Assembly (NCBI GenBank): GCA_040400895.1
Contig: JBBAPL010000003.1
Coordinates: 12,283-76,282 of the forward strand
Length of the DNA: 64,000 nt
DNA from: Aquabacterium sp.
GTDB taxonomy: Bacteria; Pseudomonadota; Gammaproteobacteria; Burkholderiales; Burkholderiaceae_C
Reading direction: 5' to 3'
Every line of letters starts with the position of its first letter. The first letter of the stretch is position 1. Positions 58,793 through 64,000 of this stretch are shown here, in pieces. The position numbers and the translations under genes were made by a program. The notes under the pieces were generated by a model. The model was not told the origin of the DNA and searched no databases. It saw only the letters and a program-made list of their open reading frames with translations.

Positions 58793-60044
58793 AGCGCAGG
58801 GCTTCAGCCGGGTTGACACGGCTGGCGCGCCAGCTGGGGTACAGCGTCGCCAGGAAGGCCAGCAGCAGCGAGATCAGCGTGATCGGCAGCACGTCGGACA
58901 GCCGCGGGTCGCTGGGCATGCGGCTGATCACATAGATGCTGCCGGGCAGGAAGGCCACGCCCAGCAGCCGCTCCAGCGCCGGCACCAGGGTGCCGATGTT
59001 GACCGCCACCAGCAGGCCGAAGGCCACGCCCGACAGCGTGCCGATCACCCCGCTGGCCGCACCCTGCACCACGAAGATGCCCATCACCGAGCGCGGGCTG
59101 GCGCCCAGCGTGCGCAGGATGGCGATGTCGGCACGCTTGTCGGTCACCGTCATCACCAGCGTGCTGACCAGGTTGAACGCGGCCACCGCCACGATCAGCG
59201 TGAGGATGATGAACATCAGCCGCTTTTCCAGTTGCACCGCGTCGAACCAGTTGCGGTTGGTGCGCGTCCAGTCACGCACCAGCAGGCCGGGCTGCAGGGT
59301 GTCGACCAGTTGCTGGCCGACGGCGCGGGCCTGGTGCAAGTCAGCCAGCTTCAGCTGCACGCCGGTGGGGCCGTCCAGCCGGTACAGGCGGGCCGCGTCG
59401 TCGACATGGATCAGCGCCAGGCCGCTGTCGTATTCATAGTGGCCGGCGTCGAAGGTGCCGGCCACGGTGAAGCTCTTGAGCCGTGGCACGGTGCCCGCCG
59501 GCGTCACCTGCCCGCCCGGGGCCACCAGGGTGACGTTGTCGCCCGTCTGCACCCGCAGTTGCCGGGCCAGTTCGCCCCCCAGCACGATGCGCCAGGCGCC
59601 TGGCTGCAGCTGGCCCAGCAGGCCGCTTTGCGCCATCTGCGCGGCCAGCGGCGTCACCTTCAGTTCTTCGGCGGGGTCGATGCCACGCACGATGGCGCCG
59701 CGCATCTCGTCGCCCCGGGCGATCAGCGACTGCTGGGCGATGAAGGGCGCGGCGGCCACCACGGCCGGGTTCTTCTGCGCGGCCGCGGCGGTGGCGCGCC
59801 AGTCGGCCAGGGCATTGCCCTGCACGTCGAACACCTCCACATGCGCCACCACGCTGAGCATGCGGTCGGTCACTTCCTTCTGGAAGCCGTTCATCACGCT
59901 CAGCACGATGATCAGCGCGGCCACGCCCAGCGCGATGCCCAGCATCGACACCAGCGAGATGAACGAGATGAAGCCGTTGCGCCGCCCGGTGCGGCCGGCG
60001 CGGGTGTAGCGCCAGCCGATCTGCCATTCATACGGCCAGTTCAT
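58785..60044 (-). CDS. lolC: Lipoprotein-releasing ABC transporter permease (LolC/E family)
   Basis: [61 protein letters not shown]. Confidence 0.95.
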
Positions 60045-60139
60045 GCCGGCCGGCCAGGGGAAGGAGCCATAGGCGCGAGATGCTAACAGTGGGCCTGTCA
60101 CCCAGCAGGCGCGGTGCCCGCCCGGATAATGCGGCGGCC

Positions 60140-61081
60140 ATGCACCTGATCGTCCCTTTCGCCGGCACCGTCTCCGAAGCCGGCCGGCATGCCCTGCAGT
60201 CGCTGGCGCTGCCACGGCTGGACAAGCTGCTGGCACGCCTGCAGGCCACGCAGCGCCTGGGCAGTGACGAACACAGCCTGAATGCGCCGCACGAGCTGTC
60301 GCTGGCGGCCTGCCGGGGCTGGGCAGCCGCGCAGGGTGCCGTTCTGGCCGACAGCGCCTTGCCGTTCGCCGCCGCCCAGGCAGCAGCCCTGGGCCTGGAC
60401 AACGGCCAGCCCTGGGGCCTGCTGACGCCGGTGCACCTGCATGTCGGCACCGACCAGGTCAGCCTGATGCCGCCGTCGGCCCTGCAGCTCGACGACCCCG
60501 CATCCCGCGAACTGCTGGAGATCGTGCGCCCGCTGTTCGAGACCGAAGGCTTCACCCTGCACCACGCCGCGCCCTTGCAGTGGCTGGCCACCCATGTGCT
60601 GTTCGATGGCCTGGCCACCGCGTCGCTCGACCGGGTGACTGGCCGCAATGTGAACCCCTGGCTGCCTGACCACCGCAGCGCCCGCCTGATCCGACGGCTG
60701 CAGAACGAGGTGCAGATGCTGCTGTACACCCACCCGGTGAACGACCGGCGCGAGGCCGCCGGCCTGCCCACCGTCAACAGCGTCTGGCTCAGCCACTGCG
60801 GCCGCCTGCCCGCTGGCAGCGCCGCAGCCAGCCAGGTGCAGGTCGACGACCGTCTGCGCGAGCCCGCGCTGGGCGAGGACTGGGCCGCCTGGTGCGAGGC
60901 CTGGCAGGCGCTGGACGCCGGGCCGATCGACGCCCTGACCCGCGCCGATGGCGGCATGCAACTCACGCTGTGCGGCGAACGCTTCGCCCAGACGTTCGCC
61001 CCCACCCCGCAAGGCCTGTGGCAGCGCCTGGCCAGCCGCTGGCAGGCGCCTGCGGCCCACACCGTGCTGGAGGCGCTGTGA
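60140..61081 (+). CDS. Conserved protein upstream of recJ (RpfE-like / phosphoglycerate-mutase-like)
   Basis: LLTPVHLHVG.DQV, NEVQMLL..HPVN..R...G.P.VNSVW. Its stop overlaps the recJ start. Confidence 0.7.
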   Translation: MHLIVPFAGTVSEAGRHALQSLALPRLDKLLARLQATQRLGSDEHSLNAPHELSLAACRGWAAAQGAVLADSALPFAAAQAAALGLDNGQPWGLLTPVHLHVGTDQVSLMPPSALQLDDPASRELLEIVRPLFETEGFTLHHAAPLQWLATHVLFDGLATASLDRVTGRNVNPWLPDHRSARLIRRLQNEVQMLLYTHPVNDRREAAGLPTVNSVWLSHCGRLPAGSAAASQVQVDDRLREPALGEDWAAWCEAWQALDAGPIDALTRADGGMQLTLCGERFAQTFAPTPQGLWQRLASRWQAPAAHTVLEAL

Positions 61082-62838
61082 CCACCCCCACCCTGCAGCG
61101 CCGCGACGTGCCGCCGCGCGTGGCCTTTGCGCTGGAACAGGCCGGCGTGCACCCGCTGCTGGCGCGGCTGTTCGCCGCCCGCGGCGTGCGCAGCGCCGAC
61201 GACCTGGACGACGGCCTGGCCCGCCTGCTGCCCCCGGCGCAGCTGAAGGGCGCGGCCGATGCCGCGGTGCTGCTGGCCGACGCCATCGCCGCCGGCCTGC
61301 GCATCTGCATCGTGGCCGACTACGACTGCGACGGCGCCACCGCCTGCGCCGTGGCCCTGCGCGGCCTGGCGATGCTGGGCGCGGCGCCCGGCACATTGGG
61401 CTACGTGGTGCCCGACCGCCTGATCCACGGCTACGGCCTGACGCCTGCCATCGTCGACCTGGCCATCCAACAGGCGGCTGCCGCCCCACCCCAGCTGCTG
61501 GTCACGGTGGATAACGGCATCGCCAGCACTGCCGGCGTGGCCCATGCCCGCGCGCTGGGCCTGCAGGTGTTGGTGACCGACCACCACCTGCCCGCCCTCG
61601 GCCCCGACGGCGCCATCACGCTGCCCGACGCCCATGTCATCGTCAACCCCAGCCAGCCCGGCTGCGGCTTTGCCAGCAAGGCCCTGGCCGGCGTGGGCGT
61701 GATGTTCTACGTGCTGCTGGCGCTGCGGGCCGAACTGCGCGCGCGCGGCGCGTTTGCGGCAGACCAGCAACCGCGGCTGGACACCCTGCTTGACCTGGTG
61801 GCCCTGGGCACGGTGGCCGACGTGGTCAAGCTCGACGACAACAACCGCCGCCTGGTGGCGCAAGGCTTGAAGCGCATCCGCGCCGGGCGCATGCAGCCGG
61901 GCGTGGCCGCGCTGTTTGCCGCCGCCGGCAGGGTGCCGGCGCGGGCGGCGGCCTTCGACTTCGGCTTTGCCCTGGGCCCGCGCATCAACGCCGCCGGCCG
62001 GCTGTCGGACATGACGCTGGGCATCGAATGCCTGGTCACCGACGACCCGGCGCGCGCGGCCGAACTGGCCCAGGCGCTGGACGCCATCAACCGCCAGCGC
62101 CGCGAGGTGCAGACCGACATGGCCACCCAGGCCGAGGTGCTGCTGGACGCGCTGCTGGCACGCCAACCGGCGGACCAGTCGACACCCCCGGCGCTGGTGC
62201 TGTTCGACCCCGCCTTCCATGAAGGCGTGGTCGGCATCGTCGCCGGCCGGCTGAAGGACCGGCTGCACCGGCCCACCTTCGTGCTGGCGCGTGGGCAGGA
62301 TGGGCTGCTGAAGGGCTCGGGCCGGTCGATTGCCGGCTTCCACCTGCGTGACGCGCTGGACCTGGTGAGCAAGCGCCACCCCGGCGTGCTGCAGCGCTTT
62401 GGTGGCCATGCCATGGCCGCCGGCTGCACCCTGGCCGAGGCCGACTGGCCGCTGTTCGCCAGCGCGCTGCAGCAGGTGGCCGCCGACTGGCTGCAGCCCG
62501 CCGCGCTGAACCGCTGCCTGGCCACCGATGGCCCGCTGGGCGGCGAATGGTTCAACACCGCCACCGTGGCCACGCTGGACGCCCAGGTGTGGGGCCAGGG
62601 CTTCGAGGCCCCGGTGTTCTGCGACGAGGTGGACGTGCTGCAGCAGCGCCTGGTCGGCGAGAAGCACCTGAAACTGCGGGTGCGCCATGCCGGCGCCCTG
62701 CGCGACGCCATCTGGTTCGGCCATGCCGAGCCACTGCCGGCGCGGGTGCAACTGGCCTACCGGCTCAATCTCGATGAATTCCAGGGCCAGCAGCGGCTGC
62801 AGATGGTGGTGGAAGCCGCCATCGCCGCGCCCGCATGA
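61078..62838 (+). CDS. recJ: ssDNA-specific 5'-3' exonuclease RecJ
   Basis: ADYDCDG, VTVDNG, VTDHH (DHH), LGTVADVV, GPRINAAGR, KGSGRS, FGGHAMAAG. GTG start. Confidence 0.96.
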   Translation: MTTPTLQRRDVPPRVAFALEQAGVHPLLARLFAARGVRSADDLDDGLARLLPPAQLKGAADAAVLLADAIAAGLRICIVADYDCDGATACAVALRGLAMLGAAPGTLGYVVPDRLIHGYGLTPAIVDLAIQQAAAAPPQLLVTVDNGIASTAGVAHARALGLQVLVTDHHLPALGPDGAITLPDAHVIVNPSQPGCGFASKALAGVGVMFYVLLALRAELRARGAFAADQQPRLDTLLDLVALGTVADVVKLDDNNRRLVAQGLKRIRAGRMQPGVAALFAAAGRVPARAAAFDFGFALGPRINAAGRLSDMTLGIECLVTDDPARAAELAQALDAINRQRREVQTDMATQAEVLLDALLARQPADQSTPPALVLFDPAFHEGVVGIVAGRLKDRLHRPTFVLARGQDGLLKGSGRSIAGFHLRDALDLVSKRHPGVLQRFGGHAMAAGCTLAEADWPLFASALQQVAADWLQPAALNRCLATDGPLGGEWFNTATVATLDAQVWGQGFEAPVFCDEVDVLQQRLVGEKHLKLRVRHAGALRDAIWFGHAEPLPARVQLAYRLNLDEFQGQQRLQMVVEAAIAAPA

Positions 62839-62849
62839 AGGACACCGCC

Positions 62850-64000
62850 ATGCCAGAACCCCGCACCCCCCACCGCCGCGCCACTCTGGCCGCCCTGGCC
62901 GCCTGTCTGGCCTGCAGCCTGCTGCCGGCGCTGGCCACCGCCCAGGGGGCCAACCCGAAGGTGGCGGTGGTGGCCCATGGCCTGGTCAACCCCTGGGGCC
63001 TGGCCTTCCTGCCCGACGGCCGCATGCTGGTGACCGAGCGGCCCGGCCGCATGCGCCTGATCGGCACCGACGGCAAGCTGGGCCCGCCCCTGCCCGGCCT
63101 GCCGTCGGTGGCGGCCGAAGGCCAGGGCGGCCTGCTCGACGTGGTGACCGACCCGCGCTTTGCCGCCAACCGGCTGGTGTACTGGAGCTACAGCGAAAAC
63201 GCACCCGACGGCGACGGCAACAGCACCGCCGTGGCCCGCGCCCGGCTGGACGGGGCCCCCGGCGCCGAGCGCCTGGCCGACGTGCAGGTGATCTTCCGCC
63301 AGCTGCCCCGCGTGGCCAGCAAGCTGCACTTTGGCAGCCGGCTGGTGTTCGGCAATGACGGCCGGCTGTTCATCACCCTGGGCGACCGCTTCAGCCGCAA
63401 GGACGACGCCCAGACGCTGGACAACCACCTGGGCAAGATCGTGCGCATCGACCCCGACGGCAAGGTGCCGGCCGACAACCCGCTGGTGGGCAAGGCGGGC
63501 AACCCGCCCAACACCCGGCCCGAGATCTGGAGCTGGGGCCACCGCAATGTGCAGGGCGCGGCCATCCACCCCACCACCGGCGACCTGTGGGCCACCGAGC
63601 ACGGCCCGCAGGGCGGCGACGAATTGAACCTGGTGCAGCCGGGCCGCAATTTCGGCTGGCCGGTCATCACCTACGGCCGCAACTACGGCATCGGCACCAG
63701 GATCGGCGACGGCACCGAGCGTGCCGACGTGGTGGCACCGCTGGCCCACTGGGTGCCCACGTCCATCGCGCCCAGCGGCATGGCGTTTGTCACCAGCGAC
63801 CGCTACCCTGGCTGGAAGGGCAACTTGGTCATCGGCGCGCTGCGCGGCCAGGCGCTGGTGCGCATCACGCTCGACGGCAACAAGGTGGTTTCGCAGGAGC
63901 GTCTGTTGCAATCGCAGAACGAACGCATCCGCGATGTGCGCCAGGGGCCCGACGGCTTCCTCTACCTGCTGACCGACAACGCCGACGGGCGTGTCTTGAA
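62850..64000 (+). CDS. PQQ-dependent soluble sugar dehydrogenase (GSDH/YliI-like), 3' end truncated by the window
   Basis: Signal peptide; NPWGLAFLPDG..VTERPGR, GQGGLLDV, HFGSRL, GHRNVQG, EHGPQGGDELN, NFGWP, APSG, RIRDVRQGPDG. Confidence 0.93.
   Translation, partial: MPEPRTPHRRATLAALAACLACSLLPALATAQGANPKVAVVAHGLVNPWGLAFLPDGRMLVTERPGRMRLIGTDGKLGPPLPGLPSVAAEGQGGLLDVVTDPRFAANRLVYWSYSENAPDGDGNSTAVARARLDGAPGAERLADVQVIFRQLPRVASKLHFGSRLVFGNDGRLFITLGDRFSRKDDAQTLDNHLGKIVRIDPDGKVPADNPLVGKAGNPPNTRPEIWSWGHRNVQGAAIHPTTGDLWATEHGPQGGDELNLVQPGRNFGWPVITYGRNYGIGTRIGDGTERADVVAPLAHWVPTSIAPSGMAFVTSDRYPGWKGNLVIGALRGQALVRITLDGNKVVSQERLLQSQNERIRDVRQGPDGFLYLLTDNADGRVL

Overview
A GC-rich, gene-dense chromosomal window. 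Gene content suggests a Burkholderiales betaproteobacterium, probably of the Aquabacterium/Ideonella/Rubrivivax group (inference). About 55 CDS are supported. I found no rRNA, tRNA, CRISPR array, transposase, integrase or prophage gene. The left ~36 kb is accessory and catabolic: iorBA-type molybdo-oxidoreductase; a DGPF(YciI)-ECF42 sigma unit with an intact autoregulatory-type promoter but a +1 frameshift; a four-gene exported phosphoesterase operon with two PEP-CTERM proteins; an amidohydrolase-COG0523-tauD unit; an M36 peptidase; P450/MFS; and a 12-kb cluster with a sigma54 promoter, two M81 peptidases, DmpA, a peptide ABC transporter, an HDAC-family amidohydrolase and an embedded PAS-GGDEF. 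The right part is more housekeeping-like: psd, SDR, hybrid kinase, tctAB, orphan GspE/PilB ATPase, UDG-family glycosylase, MscS, TatD, trypsin-MoxR-DUF58-vWA operon, a third PEP-CTERM protein, fccAB-like sulfide dehydrogenase, lolCD, recJ and a PQQ sugar dehydrogenase. The best candidates for undescribed systems are the surface phosphoester-scavenging operon, the M81/DmpA/HDAC/DGC amide-catabolism cluster, the amidohydrolase-COG0523-TauD unit and the protease-MoxR-vWA operon. A palindromic element also appears to be translated inside an ABC ATPase. All calls come from motif recognition; no database searches were run.
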